Shown piece after piece: positions 1-10,315 of a stretch of 64,000 nucleotides of DNA. How positions within the stretch are numbered: position 1 is the first letter of the stretch; the number at the start of each line of letters is the position of its first letter. The notes below the pieces were generated by a model. It worked only from the letters and a program-made list of their open reading frames with translations. It made no database searches and was not told the DNA's origin. Source of the DNA: a virus; IMG/VR virus record IMGVR_UViG_3300045988_098562, positions 19,484-83,483 of that record; one strand, given 5' to 3'. The position numbers were made by a program, and so were the translations under genes.

Positions 1-9
1 AAATAGCTG

Positions 10-3000
10 ATGGCTTCACAATATAGTATTTTAAGGCAATATGCCCCGTATGTTAGTCCTTACAACATAGATCTTGTTAAGGATGTTATGATGTACAAAC
101 AGCAGAAGGTTGATGCTGCTCGTGAAAAGATCTATACCCAGGTGGATTATCTTATGGGTCAAGAGATAGATAAGCCTGAAGCCCGCGCTTATATGGAAGA
201 TAAGATGTCAGGTGTGATTGCTAACATCAATCAAAAATTCAAAGGCGTGGATCTTTCTTCTGATGGTGTTACGAGAGCTATACAAGGAGAGATCAGTTCG
301 GTGTTGGATGATACGGTCATTAACGCGATTGCTGGCACAAAAGAAGGCAGGAGAATGCATAAAATGCTATCTGATTTACAAATAAATAATCCAGAACTTT
401 ATTCTGCTGCGAATGCTTATGCGGCTTTAAAGCCGCATAATGAATGGGTGAATGATGGAAAGGCTGGTTCCCGTCTTGCTCCTCTTCAATATACTCCTTA
501 TACTGATTATAATAAGGAATTAAAAGATAGGATAGATTTTATAAGCAAGCTTCATAAAGGAGCTAAAGTTCAGATTCCTATTCTTGACAAGGATGGTCAT
601 CCTACCGGGGCAGTACAAGAAGTAACTAAGGATATGCTTACTCCTGAACAGATAGCTTCTTTTGCATTGTCAGGGTTATCAGATAAAGCAAGGCAGCAGA
701 TGCAGGTGGAGGCTATTTACATGGTAGACTCTAATCCCTCTTTATATTCGTATGATTCTGTTCTTGGTTTTATGAATAAGCAGATAAGTGATAAGCAGAG
801 GTATGTTGATGCTCTTACTGCCGATCTTTCCGGTTTGGGTTCTGATCCTGCAAAGAAAGAAATGGTTGAAAATGAAATAAAGAGAGCCAAATCTGAAATA
901 GCTTCTATGAAATCTGAATTTAGCAGAATGGATGAAAGGACTTACGATCCGTATCTTGGAGCGATGAAGGTTATTGAAAATAATTTTATTAATAATGCTG
1001 CTGCTTCATATGCTTATGATAATTCGTCTTTCATAATCAAAGCCGACGAGCTTTACTGGAAAACCAAAGAATATAATCAGAGGGAAAGATTAGCTAATTT
1101 GAATTTCGAAAAATGGAAGATAGAATTTGAATATGAAAGAAATAGGGATATTGCAGAGTTTGAATATGGTAAGAATAAGGATGAAGCCAGATTTGGATTA
1201 GACGAAGAACGTCTGAAGATGCAGAATAGGCTTAATGAAGCCAGAATAGCAAAACTTATGTCCTCTGGTGCAGGAGCGGCAGGCGGCAGAGCTGGAAGCC
1301 GAGCCATGCAGGTGGGCGTTGGCACAAACTCTGGTGGAACTATTTCAGCTAATCCTATCGAAACTAAAAATATTAGCATATCAGAAGAAACTCATAAGAA
1401 GTTTAATAAGGCATATACAGATCTTGTAACATCCGGAAGTAGACTATCTACGGCCCTTGGTGCTGAAAACATGAAAAATATTCAAGCTGCCATATCAAGA
1501 AATATGACGGATGAAACATCAGGATACAAGTATCTTATGGATGAAGAAAAACTTCTTAAGTATATAAAGGACAATGGAGGTCTTTCTAATGATATGTTTG
1601 ATAAGCTACCTATGGCAGAGAGAAAAGCTGCCACAGATGCTTATATGCAGCTTAATAGCGCTGTAGACAAGATGGATATAGAGAATGATAGAATTAAGAA
1701 GGAGAATAAGATTTATGATAATATTGTATCTGAAATAGCAAATGCGATCGCGCAGAAGGAAGGAGGTAAACCCGAAGAATATATAGCCTATGCTACAGCG
1801 TTATCCCTTAATGATATTTTAAGAAAAAATAGAGGTACAGTCGGCGATGTAGAATCTGGAGTAAGATATTATGAAAAAGGATTCTCGCCTGCTGATATAG
1901 CTACTATAAGAAAGAGGGTGAAAAATGATGGCATTGATTTATCTAAAGTATTTGAGAGGGATAGCAAAAGTGGCAGGTATTTCTTAAAAAAATACGATGA
2001 TGTAAAAAATAGTTTCTCGGATGGTGAAGAAAAGGTGTTTTTTAATGCACTGTATTCTATTAGTGGAATGGAGGGCGTTGGAAACTATGCAGTAAGTGAT
2101 ATTAATATAGCTGATCAAATAACTAAGGTTCAAGATGATGGTATAAATGAGATACGTAAAGAATATCTCGAACTGTATTCACCTAACACAGTAACGTATT
2201 CAACCAAATTAACCTCCAAGGAGGCTGGTTATAGAGAGATGGGCGTTCTCAGGGATCTATTTACTGAAAAAATGGCAGAGCATCCTGTTGGTAAATCTAA
2301 ATCATCATCGGCAACTATTGAATCATTTTCTTTGACAGAATCTGGAATAGCCGACAATGGAGAAAAGATTTATAGTTTGGTTGCTAATCATACCGGTGAA
2401 AGAACAGAGATAGATATTGTTGAGGTGTCTGAAACGGAGTTGATAAAAGGTGGAATAGATCCTGGCATTAATACTCCTTCTGTCGATATAGGTGGATACG
2501 AAAGTGGTATTATAAGACCCACATTTGGAAGTGATACTAATATGTGGTATCCGAAGATGCTTGAAAATTCAGATATATCACCTGCTTATGCTTCGGTATC
2601 TTCAATGATGAAAGTATTATCAGATATGATAAATAAATTTGGTAATAATTTAGATGATATGCCAGAACAAAAGATTTGGCTTCTTAATGCAGCTAAAGAT
2701 ATATTGGATAACAGTGGAAAGCTTGGTGTAAAGGTTGAAGGTTATGATCCTAAGACAAGTTACGGTTATGGATATGAGACAAGGCTTTATCTTATGGAGA
2801 ATGGTAAACCTGAGTTAATAGATTCGTTTGATACTCCTAATGTATGGTTTGCGGATAATGTGTCTAAAGAACTTGCTGTTGCGCCTCAGAAAAAAATAGT
2901 TGATTTTGTTGTGGCAGCCATAACAGAAGAGATTAAGGATATGGTGACAGCAAAAGAAGGAGGTAATTTGCCTACGTCTTTGAATAAAAACGGCAAGTTG

Positions 3001-3033
3001 ATGAAGTTGTTGAATAGTGTAAATAGGGAATAA
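10..3033 (+). CDS. large hypothetical virion-associated protein (1007 aa; coiled-coil rich, Gly-rich segment AGAAGGRAGSRAMQVGVGTNSGG)
   Basis: Uninterrupted 1007-codon ORF with an in-frame stop immediately upstream; first of four consecutive large + strand ORFs; no recognisable catalytic motif. Confidence 0.6.
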   Translation: MASQYSILRQYAPYVSPYNIDLVKDVMMYKQQKVDAAREKIYTQVDYLMGQEIDKPEARAYMEDKMSGVIANINQKFKGVDLSSDGVTRAIQGEISSVLDDTVINAIAGTKEGRRMHKMLSDLQINNPELYSAANAYAALKPHNEWVNDGKAGSRLAPLQYTPYTDYNKELKDRIDFISKLHKGAKVQIPILDKDGHPTGAVQEVTKDMLTPEQIASFALSGLSDKARQQMQVEAIYMVDSNPSLYSYDSVLGFMNKQISDKQRYVDALTADLSGLGSDPAKKEMVENEIKRAKSEIASMKSEFSRMDERTYDPYLGAMKVIENNFINNAAASYAYDNSSFIIKADELYWKTKEYNQRERLANLNFEKWKIEFEYERNRDIAEFEYGKNKDEARFGLDEERLKMQNRLNEARIAKLMSSGAGAAGGRAGSRAMQVGVGTNSGGTISANPIETKNISISEETHKKFNKAYTDLVTSGSRLSTALGAENMKNIQAAISRNMTDETSGYKYLMDEEKLLKYIKDNGGLSNDMFDKLPMAERKAATDAYMQLNSAVDKMDIENDRIKKENKIYDNIVSEIANAIAQKEGGKPEEYIAYATALSLNDILRKNRGTVGDVESGVRYYEKGFSPADIATIRKRVKNDGIDLSKVFERDSKSGRYFLKKYDDVKNSFSDGEEKVFFNALYSISGMEGVGNYAVSDINIADQITKVQDDGINEIRKEYLELYSPNTVTYSTKLTSKEAGYREMGVLRDLFTEKMAEHPVGKSKSSSATIESFSLTESGIADNGEKIYSLVANHTGERTEIDIVEVSETELIKGGIDPGINTPSVDIGGYESGIIRPTFGSDTNMWYPKMLENSDISPAYASVSSMMKVLSDMINKFGNNLDDMPEQKIWLLNAAKDILDNSGKLGVKVEGYDPKTSYGYGYETRLYLMENGKPELIDSFDTPNVWFADNVSKELAVAPQKKIVDFVVAAITEEIKDMVTAKEGGNLPTSLNKNGKLMKLLNSVNRE

Positions 3034-3036
3034 TAT

Positions 3037-6000
3037 ATGGAAAATAAGGAACAGACATTGGTAGAGAAATCAGGTTTCTTACCATCTACTGGATTAAGAG
3101 GGTATAATGCCGGAGTTCCTACGCGATATGAAGAAGAATCTTCTCTTATTGAGGGAGCAAAAAGAGAGATGGAGAGGATGAAAGTAGGTTCATATACTCC
3201 CCCGGTATCAGCCATAAATCCTGATGATGATTCAGAAAAAGGGTCTGATATTAGCGGAATAGATACTTCTTTTGATGTAGACACATCTTTTTCTGGACTA
3301 AAATCGGCTCTGAATGGTGGAGATGATCCAAGAAAGAAGAAAGAGGAGTCTTATAATAAGTTAAATTCCATGATAAAATCTATTCAAGATAAATCAAGGA
3401 ATACTTATTCTGGTAAACAAACGTCTTATGGTGAGGTTATAGCTGGTAATCAACAGTCATCTGCTGCTGATTTTGGTGTATTTGGTAAAGGAAGAACTAT
3501 TAAGTTAGATGAAGCATATGACTTTTTATCCGATGGGAACATCGGTCTTGCAAAGTTTAAAAGTTATATGCCAGGAAGGGATAATGAAGATTATTACGGA
3601 AGAAGGCAAACTACTTGGAATAAGGCTGTTAATGGCATAGGGAAGCTTGTCACAAAAACAGCATTATATGGTGTATCAGGAGTAGTAGGTATTATCCCGG
3701 CTGCGTATAATCTTATAAAGACTGGTACGTTATCTTCAGCATTTGACAATGATTTTACACGGACCATAAATGATATAGATGAAAGAATAAACCACTCTCT
3801 TCCTCATTATTATACAAGAGAAGAGCGTGATATGGGATTTTTGCAGAGTCTTGGAACTGCAAATTTTATTTTTAATGATGTTATTGGAAATGGTCTATCG
3901 TTTACGACAGGCGCTATTCTGTCTGCCTACCTTACAGGTGGGATGGGTGTGTCAAGTCTTGGAGCTGTTGGCGCTAAAGTAGGGATGAGAGTGGCCGGAA
4001 AGATGGCAGCGTCTAAGATTGCGGCAAGTGCTGTAAAATCCGCTTTTGGAGCGTATAGAGCAGGAGCGATGTACGGCAGGGCCATAGGCAATGTGGCCAA
4101 GGTAGGAGTAAATACGTTTGTGGGCGCCGGCTGGGAGTCTGCCGTGGAAGCTCAGTCCTTCATGAAAGACTCTGAAAGTAAATACAAGGAATATTTTAAA
4201 AATATGTATGGTCGGAATCCTAATCAGTCTGAGATGGCTGAATTTAAGAGTTCTATTTCCGATACGGCAAACAGCATATTCTTAGCTAATATGGGTATAG
4301 TTGGATTATCCAATTATCTTCTTCTGGGAAAATATCTTGGAGTAGACACTGGTTTTGCTTCTAAATACATACCTGGATTAAAGGGTGTATCAAACACATA
4401 TAGGGGATCAAAGAGTTTTGTAGATCGTTATTTGTTTGGATTAGGAACTAAGAAGGTGGCGGGTGATGCTGGAAGATTACAGACGGTAAAAGCAAATTTA
4501 TTCCAGAAATCCTTAGCTACTGTTTGGAATGTATCTAAAAGACCCATATCTGAAGGTGTATGGGAGGAAGGCATGCAAGGTGTTGCTCAGCGCATGGGGG
4601 AAGATTTTATTAGATCAAGATATGATAAGACGTATCTTGATGCTACGTCTTCTATAGTTGATTCTTTTTCTAAGGCCATAGCTGAACAATTTACAACCAA
4701 AGAAGGATTGAAAGAGATTGGCATAGGAGCCCTGATTGGTGGTTTATTTGGAGCCAGAAATGGTGCTTTTGGTTTATATGAAAGGAGAAATAAAGAGCGT
4801 ACTATTAATACTGATGTTGAGAAATTTAATAGTAATAATGCTTTTACTTCTCAATCTGTAAAAGACTCTATGCGAAATTTAGCCGAATTTAATGCTCAAA
4901 TGAATGATCCTGAATCAGATTATTATTCTAAATTTGAATTATCTGACAGAATGGGAATGTTAGAGGATACGGCTAACAATTTCAGGTCAATGGTTAAAAG
5001 CCTTGACGAAAGTGAGTTGGCTTCTGAAATGAAAGTAGATGAAGAAACTGTTAAAAAATACAAGGAAGATATTATAAAAGATTTTGATAAGAAGTTAGCC
5101 AATTATAAAAAAGCTTCTTCTTTCGCTGAGGCTGTTACTGCTGAAACATCATCCGATCTTTACCGGTCTAATGTTGCTAATGCTGTATTTAAAGGCTTGG
5201 ATGCAGAGGATATAGCAATGGAAACATCAAATGATATTGCTGATTATGTAAATGACAATAATTTGTTTGATGATATAAATACGTTTTATTCATTATCAAG
5301 TCAAGCTTTTGATACAGCTAATCAGTTAAGGGAATTGCGTAATGAGATCAATGATCTGAATGCTGAAATAGAGAGGTTGGCTACAACTCCGAGAAGAGTA
5401 GAGGACGGTAATGATACCGAAGCAGAGGCTATAAAACAAAAAACTATTAAATACGATAATCTTAATAAGGAATATAGAAGGTTGTCAGAAGATCTTCTTA
5501 GTAGTTATAAAGAAGTATTTTATTCTTTTGATCCTGGAGTATCAGCTCTTGAGTTGTTTAAATCTGAAACGATAACTGCTGAAGATATATTAAAAGCTTA
5601 TGATTCTGTTGCTTCTTTAAGCACTTATATCGAGAACAATAAGGGGAAGAAAGAAGCAGAGGATTTAAGAAAGATGGTGGTAAAATACCAGCAAGCTATT
5701 ACCCAATATAAGGTTCTACGGTCATTCATGAACTCTATGCAGGATAAGAAATTTATGAGACACGATTTTTCTTTATTCTCTAAGTTCTTAAATGATATGG
5801 TGTCATCCGATACCAAGCCTATAGAAAGTGATCGTTTTTATCAGAACCAGGAAGGAGACAATATCAGTTTAGATGAAAAAATAAATGAACTCCTGAACAA
5901 TGGTGAAATAGATTCAGATGAGGCATTTACAATGAAAGTATTTGGTCATTTAAATGATGGTATAACTCAGAAACCGAAAGAGGATATATTGTCTGATTTT

Positions 6001-9000
6001 GATTATGAGTTGGCTATGGAAGATCTTTCGTCTGCACCTATAGAGGTTAGAGAGCGTATAGTAGACAAGATATATACAGGTAATCAAGATCTTTTATCTC
6101 CAAGAGAGAAGGAGATATATGATAAATACAAGCAGGATATTGATGATTACATATCATTTCTTGGAGACAGTCCGGCTAAGATGATAAAAGATTTATCAGA
6201 TAAAGTTAAGAGACTTACTGAACATCGATCTGTGTATGAGGATAATAAAGCTATTATTGATATGGCTAAATCCAATTTAGAACCAGATCAAAGGAAGGAA
6301 CTTGATGATGCTATTTCTTCGTATGTTGATATAATGAACAGACGGGACAAAGGGGAGAAAGTTGACGAAGATAAGCTTGCCGATTCGGTATTTACCATAG
6401 AAGATCTTGGCCAAGTTGGAAATATCACTGACCTCCTTCCTTATATCGAGCAAAACAGGATTATTGATAAAGGTCGTATCTCTGAATCTACGTTAAGTAA
6501 TTTCGGGGAGGATGATACCAATATAGATTCTCTTGTAAATGAGTTAGATGAATCCGACAATACGCCGGGAGCCAACATAGATAGCGCCCAGAATCCAGAG
6601 ACGTTGATGGTAAGAAGAATATCCAATGATGGCAATGAAAGGTATGAAATTGCGGGTCTTAGAGCCGATAAATTTATATCTTCCATAAAATCATTGGTTC
6701 CTATTCAAATAAGCTCTGAAACGAACGCTAATGGCACTAAAAGGTATTCTCTTAACATAGGTGGTGAAACGGCTACTATAATTGAACTGCCTTATCATGC
6801 GAGATGGTCTATAGACAAAGAATCGGCTCGTGTTCTTAATCTTTACACAGATGTGTCTATTCAGGATGTGGGTAATTCATATTCTTTGGTTTATAAGCGT
6901 CTTGATTCAGATGAGTTGGTTCCATACAGAACGGGTGTTGGATTCGGAGAGAATGAGGTAGATAAAATAGATCAGGAAGCATTATCTTCTTTGAAAAAAG
7001 GAGATAAGGTTAATCTCGAAATAGATGTAAATGATACCTATAATCAGTCTCTTTTTGCCGAATACAATGATGCTGTTCAGTCCGGCGATAAAAAAAGAAT
7101 AGAATCTGCTGAGAATAAACTGGTGTCCAATATGGTTATCAAGGTCATGAGTGGGAACAGATTCGTTTCTGTTGTAAAAGCTGATACGGGAGGCATAGAC
7201 GGTATAAGTAAAATAAGAAGAACGGCATTTAACAAGTGGAAGAAAGATGCTGGCCGGTCGGCTACCATCAGCGTCGGCACGCATGTTGTTGCCCAGACTC
7301 TTCCCGGAAGACCGGTGTTTAACATGAAGGTAAACGGTCAAGGATATGGCCAGGTAGAAAATCTCCCTATTACCGAAAAAGGTGCTGAAAAAGTATCTGA
7401 TGTAGGATATGTATTAAATGGCAAAGTCGTGCTTAAGAACGGATCTAAATACACAGGCTTCCCATTTGCTTATTCTATATTAAATGACAAGGGAAATAAT
7501 TACAAAAATGTAAGAGTTCCGGTAGTTGTTATCAAGGGTAAAAACGGTCTTAATTATCTTTTCCCGGTTAGTCTACGTTCGGTGGAATCAGAGGAAGGGC
7601 AGAAATGGATTTCTTTTATAGATATGCTGTTTGAATCCGGTGACTCTGAATTGTTGCAGATGGGTCAAGATGACATACAAGATCTTAATGCGTATCTAAC
7701 CAAGTTAGGTCTTGATCCGGCTTCGTATCAAGTATCGTATTTGAATCCTATTTCAGGTCTTAGAAAAGCTCGTGAGGCTATAGAAGAATTATCTACAGTT
7801 CCTGATGTTGTTAAGTGGGTAGAAGATGGAAGTAGGAGCGTGAAAGACATTGTGACGTCTGAAGTAGAATCTGGAATAGATTTCGAAGGTGAGATGTTTG
7901 TTGCTCCTAAGATCAGGATTCAGTTTGGTAAATCATCTTCAAGACCTAAATCACTTATAGAGGATGTTCTTCCTTTCTCTGATGAGGGTAAGACCGTTAC
8001 TTCTAAAGAATACGTGGATGTTTATGAAGAGGAAATGCCAGAGGAAGGGGCTGTCCGGGGGACTCAGCCGGCGCCATTAGCTCAGCCGGCTCCTGCGGCA
8101 CAAGCTGCACAGTCTTTACCTGGCAAGAAGCGTACCTCCAGGAAAAACTTCTCTCTTATGTTAAACGAAATAGAATCTCATATAGAAAAAGAAGGATTGC
8201 CGCCTTATGCTAATATTTTTGATTTTATAGCAAGGAAGATTGTAGGAGGCGACTTAAGGTTTCTTCGTGAGAGGGGTAATCCTAAAAGTCTTAAGGAGGA
8301 AATGGGATTAGAACCTAAAGGAACAGTAGGTGATAAGATATCCACTCCTTCCAAGAAAGGTGGTAAGACCTTAGATGAATACGTTTCTTGGCTTCGTTCT
8401 CAAACAGATCAGGTGGTGGTTGATTATGTTGGGCCAAGATCTGACGAACAAATTATATCAGAGTTGAAAAACTTTTTGAAATATATTAATTTTGTTCCAA
8501 GTAAGGCTTTGAATTATTCTCTTAGAGTCAATGGCATGGACACCCTAAAGGAATATGGCACAAAAGAGGAAGTAGAAAAAATGGAATCTGACATCAATAA
8601 TTTGGTTTCTAAAGTTTTGCCTACGGTGGATAATAAAACTGTAGAAGATGTTTCTACTGCAATAAAATCAAACAACTTGCCTGCCATATGGAGGCCCGTG
8701 GAAAGCCTTGATATGACAAACGAGGAAAAAATAGAGTTTTTGAATAACGTAGCAGATTTCCTTAGCGGCATACCAGAGTATGATGCTGTTGTGGAGTCTA
8801 TAGAGTCAGAATCATATAATATTTTAAATGATGGAAAAGAAGGAAGTGCAGAAGGCGGTGCAGTACGCACTGAGGAAGATGGCGATAAAAAGGGAGATGG
8901 AGAAGGCAAAGGACAATCCAGAACAAATGTCGAAGTCGAAAGAAATGTCGAATTACCTGGATCTGAAGAAGGAAGAGTAGATAACTATAGGAAGAACGGA

Positions 9001-9756
9001 GATAAGTTCTCTGACATTGCTGAAGTTACTTTATGGTTACTTAGAAGGGCTGCCGGCATAACCTCTATCCCGGAAGGAGAAGAGGTTTATGTAGAGGGAG
9101 ATGAGGTTAATAGTATTATGACCGATATGGAATCAAGGTATGGTATAGACACCATCAATCACTCGCATACGACTAAGGCTATAAGGGACCTTAACGGCGT
9201 ATCAGGTTATAAAGTAGAATACGGCTTAACCTTTTTGACATACGATCCTTTTATTAGAATATCCAATCTAAGGAAAGGATCTAAGGCTGCGAAAGACGAA
9301 CCTCGTATATCCGAAGAGTCGCTTACTCACATATCAAGGGTGACAACCCCTTATTTCCTGTACGGCGGCGATGAAGCATATACATCTGTTCCGGCTAAGG
9401 TAGAACCTATACCGGAGAAGATAATGGGTCGTAATGGCATTAAATTTGGTATGAGTGTAGTCGAGTTAACCAAATTAGGGTACAAAAAAGCTGGTGGAAA
9501 CTGGATATATAAATTCTATATGAACTCAGGTGTGTATGATTTGTATAATATCAGTACCGGTGAAGCGTTTAGGGCAAAACCGGATCTTGGAGTTAAGATA
9601 AGTTCCAGCGCATTCATCCGTTCTTTATCTCAATCTGGTAGGAAAATACAAAATATAATTAGTAATATGAGCCAGGAAGAGATAGATAGGAATAAGAATC
9701 TTGTAGAAGGTTCTGATAATTCGGATTCGATAAATGAGTTAAATAAGGAGTGTTAA
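3037..9756 (+). CDS. giant 2239-aa protein, probable internal virion/ejection (cargo) protein
   Basis: Uninterrupted 6.7 kb ORF starting 4 nt after the previous stop; N-terminal Gly/Ala-rich hydrophobic stretch (GMGVSSLGAVGAKVGMRVAGKMAASKIAASAVKSAFGAYRAGAMYG) suggestive of membrane interaction; long coiled-coil regions; size typical of ejected internal proteins of large podo-like phages. Confidence 0.6.
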   Translation: MENKEQTLVEKSGFLPSTGLRGYNAGVPTRYEEESSLIEGAKREMERMKVGSYTPPVSAINPDDDSEKGSDISGIDTSFDVDTSFSGLKSALNGGDDPRKKKEESYNKLNSMIKSIQDKSRNTYSGKQTSYGEVIAGNQQSSAADFGVFGKGRTIKLDEAYDFLSDGNIGLAKFKSYMPGRDNEDYYGRRQTTWNKAVNGIGKLVTKTALYGVSGVVGIIPAAYNLIKTGTLSSAFDNDFTRTINDIDERINHSLPHYYTREERDMGFLQSLGTANFIFNDVIGNGLSFTTGAILSAYLTGGMGVSSLGAVGAKVGMRVAGKMAASKIAASAVKSAFGAYRAGAMYGRAIGNVAKVGVNTFVGAGWESAVEAQSFMKDSESKYKEYFKNMYGRNPNQSEMAEFKSSISDTANSIFLANMGIVGLSNYLLLGKYLGVDTGFASKYIPGLKGVSNTYRGSKSFVDRYLFGLGTKKVAGDAGRLQTVKANLFQKSLATVWNVSKRPISEGVWEEGMQGVAQRMGEDFIRSRYDKTYLDATSSIVDSFSKAIAEQFTTKEGLKEIGIGALIGGLFGARNGAFGLYERRNKERTINTDVEKFNSNNAFTSQSVKDSMRNLAEFNAQMNDPESDYYSKFELSDRMGMLEDTANNFRSMVKSLDESELASEMKVDEETVKKYKEDIIKDFDKKLANYKKASSFAEAVTAETSSDLYRSNVANAVFKGLDAEDIAMETSNDIADYVNDNNLFDDINTFYSLSSQAFDTANQLRELRNEINDLNAEIERLATTPRRVEDGNDTEAEAIKQKTIKYDNLNKEYRRLSEDLLSSYKEVFYSFDPGVSALELFKSETITAEDILKAYDSVASLSTYIENNKGKKEAEDLRKMVVKYQQAITQYKVLRSFMNSMQDKKFMRHDFSLFSKFLNDMVSSDTKPIESDRFYQNQEGDNISLDEKINELLNNGEIDSDEAFTMKVFGHLNDGITQKPKEDILSDFDYELAMEDLSSAPIEVRERIVDKIYTGNQDLLSPREKEIYDKYKQDIDDYISFLGDSPAKMIKDLSDKVKRLTEHRSVYEDNKAIIDMAKSNLEPDQRKELDDAISSYVDIMNRRDKGEKVDEDKLADSVFTIEDLGQVGNITDLLPYIEQNRIIDKGRISESTLSNFGEDDTNIDSLVNELDESDNTPGANIDSAQNPETLMVRRISNDGNERYEIAGLRADKFISSIKSLVPIQISSETNANGTKRYSLNIGGETATIIELPYHARWSIDKESARVLNLYTDVSIQDVGNSYSLVYKRLDSDELVPYRTGVGFGENEVDKIDQEALSSLKKGDKVNLEIDVNDTYNQSLFAEYNDAVQSGDKKRIESAENKLVSNMVIKVMSGNRFVSVVKADTGGIDGISKIRRTAFNKWKKDAGRSATISVGTHVVAQTLPGRPVFNMKVNGQGYGQVENLPITEKGAEKVSDVGYVLNGKVVLKNGSKYTGFPFAYSILNDKGNNYKNVRVPVVVIKGKNGLNYLFPVSLRSVESEEGQKWISFIDMLFESGDSELLQMGQDDIQDLNAYLTKLGLDPASYQVSYLNPISGLRKAREAIEELSTVPDVVKWVEDGSRSVKDIVTSEVESGIDFEGEMFVAPKIRIQFGKSSSRPKSLIEDVLPFSDEGKTVTSKEYVDVYEEEMPEEGAVRGTQPAPLAQPAPAAQAAQSLPGKKRTSRKNFSLMLNEIESHIEKEGLPPYANIFDFIARKIVGGDLRFLRERGNPKSLKEEMGLEPKGTVGDKISTPSKKGGKTLDEYVSWLRSQTDQVVVDYVGPRSDEQIISELKNFLKYINFVPSKALNYSLRVNGMDTLKEYGTKEEVEKMESDINNLVSKVLPTVDNKTVEDVSTAIKSNNLPAIWRPVESLDMTNEEKIEFLNNVADFLSGIPEYDAVVESIESESYNILNDGKEGSAEGGAVRTEEDGDKKGDGEGKGQSRTNVEVERNVELPGSEEGRVDNYRKNGDKFSDIAEVTLWLLRRAAGITSIPEGEEVYVEGDEVNSIMTDMESRYGIDTINHSHTTKAIRDLNGVSGYKVEYGLTFLTYDPFIRISNLRKGSKAAKDEPRISEESLTHISRVTTPYFLYGGDEAYTSVPAKVEPIPEKIMGRNGIKFGMSVVELTKLGYKKAGGNWIYKFYMNSGVYDLYNISTGEAFRAKPDLGVKISSSAFIRSLSQSGRKIQNIISNMSQEEIDRNKNLVEGSDNSDSINELNKEC

Positions 9757-10289
9757 GTATGAGAAGGAGATTTTTTAATGCTGCGGATAATTTTGTGGGA
9801 GGATGTTATAATAAGTTATCCAATGAAGATATAAAAAGGCTTGGAGGAAAAAGACCTTATGTATGTCAGTTTAATAAAATTCATATACATATAGGACCTG
9901 TATTAAAAGATCATGATTCTGATGTTAGTTACATAATGTTTAATAGTAATTGGAATTATGGTGGTTATGAATCTATGGTTTATAATCATAGCAATAATGG
10001 TATTTTTATATTAGGTGGAAACAAAATTGGTAACATAGAAGATCATATACAAGATCTAACATATTGGTACGAATATGATCCAAGCATTAATGAAAATTAT
10101 TGTTATTTTTATTATGAGGCTAATAACAGCGGAAATGCTATCAAGTTGAATGGTGAGTTTGGTGATACCAGTACTGTTTTCAACATTCCCAGCTTGGAAG
10201 TCACCACTCTTCGTGATGGCAGTTTGAGTTTTCCGGAGATTTATATAGAAGGAATTTGGGATCCGTCATTGTATAAGTCGGTTTTATAA
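9750..10289 (+). CDS. hypothetical protein, MRRRF-start paralog family (intact copy)
   Basis: ORF overlaps stop of giant gene (GTG at 9750; likely true start ATG at 9759 giving MRRRFF...); paralogous degraded copy at 27145-27559. Confidence 0.55.
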   Translation: MLSMRRRFFNAADNFVGGCYNKLSNEDIKRLGGKRPYVCQFNKIHIHIGPVLKDHDSDVSYIMFNSNWNYGGYESMVYNHSNNGIFILGGNKIGNIEDHIQDLTYWYEYDPSINENYCYFYYEANNSGNAIKLNGEFGDTSTVFNIPSLEVTTLRDGSLSFPEIYIEGIWDPSLYKSVL

Positions 10290-10315
10290 TTAACTTTGCA
10301 AAAAAGTTAATTACA

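Noticed and set aside
1077-8909. Antisense ORFs inside the giant + strand genes (1077..1379, 2886..3284, 5625..5816, 6441..6686, 6982..7341, 7077..7325, 8514..8909)
   Set aside because: They lie fully within long, well-supported opposite-strand ORFs. They are shadow ORFs with low-complexity translations.
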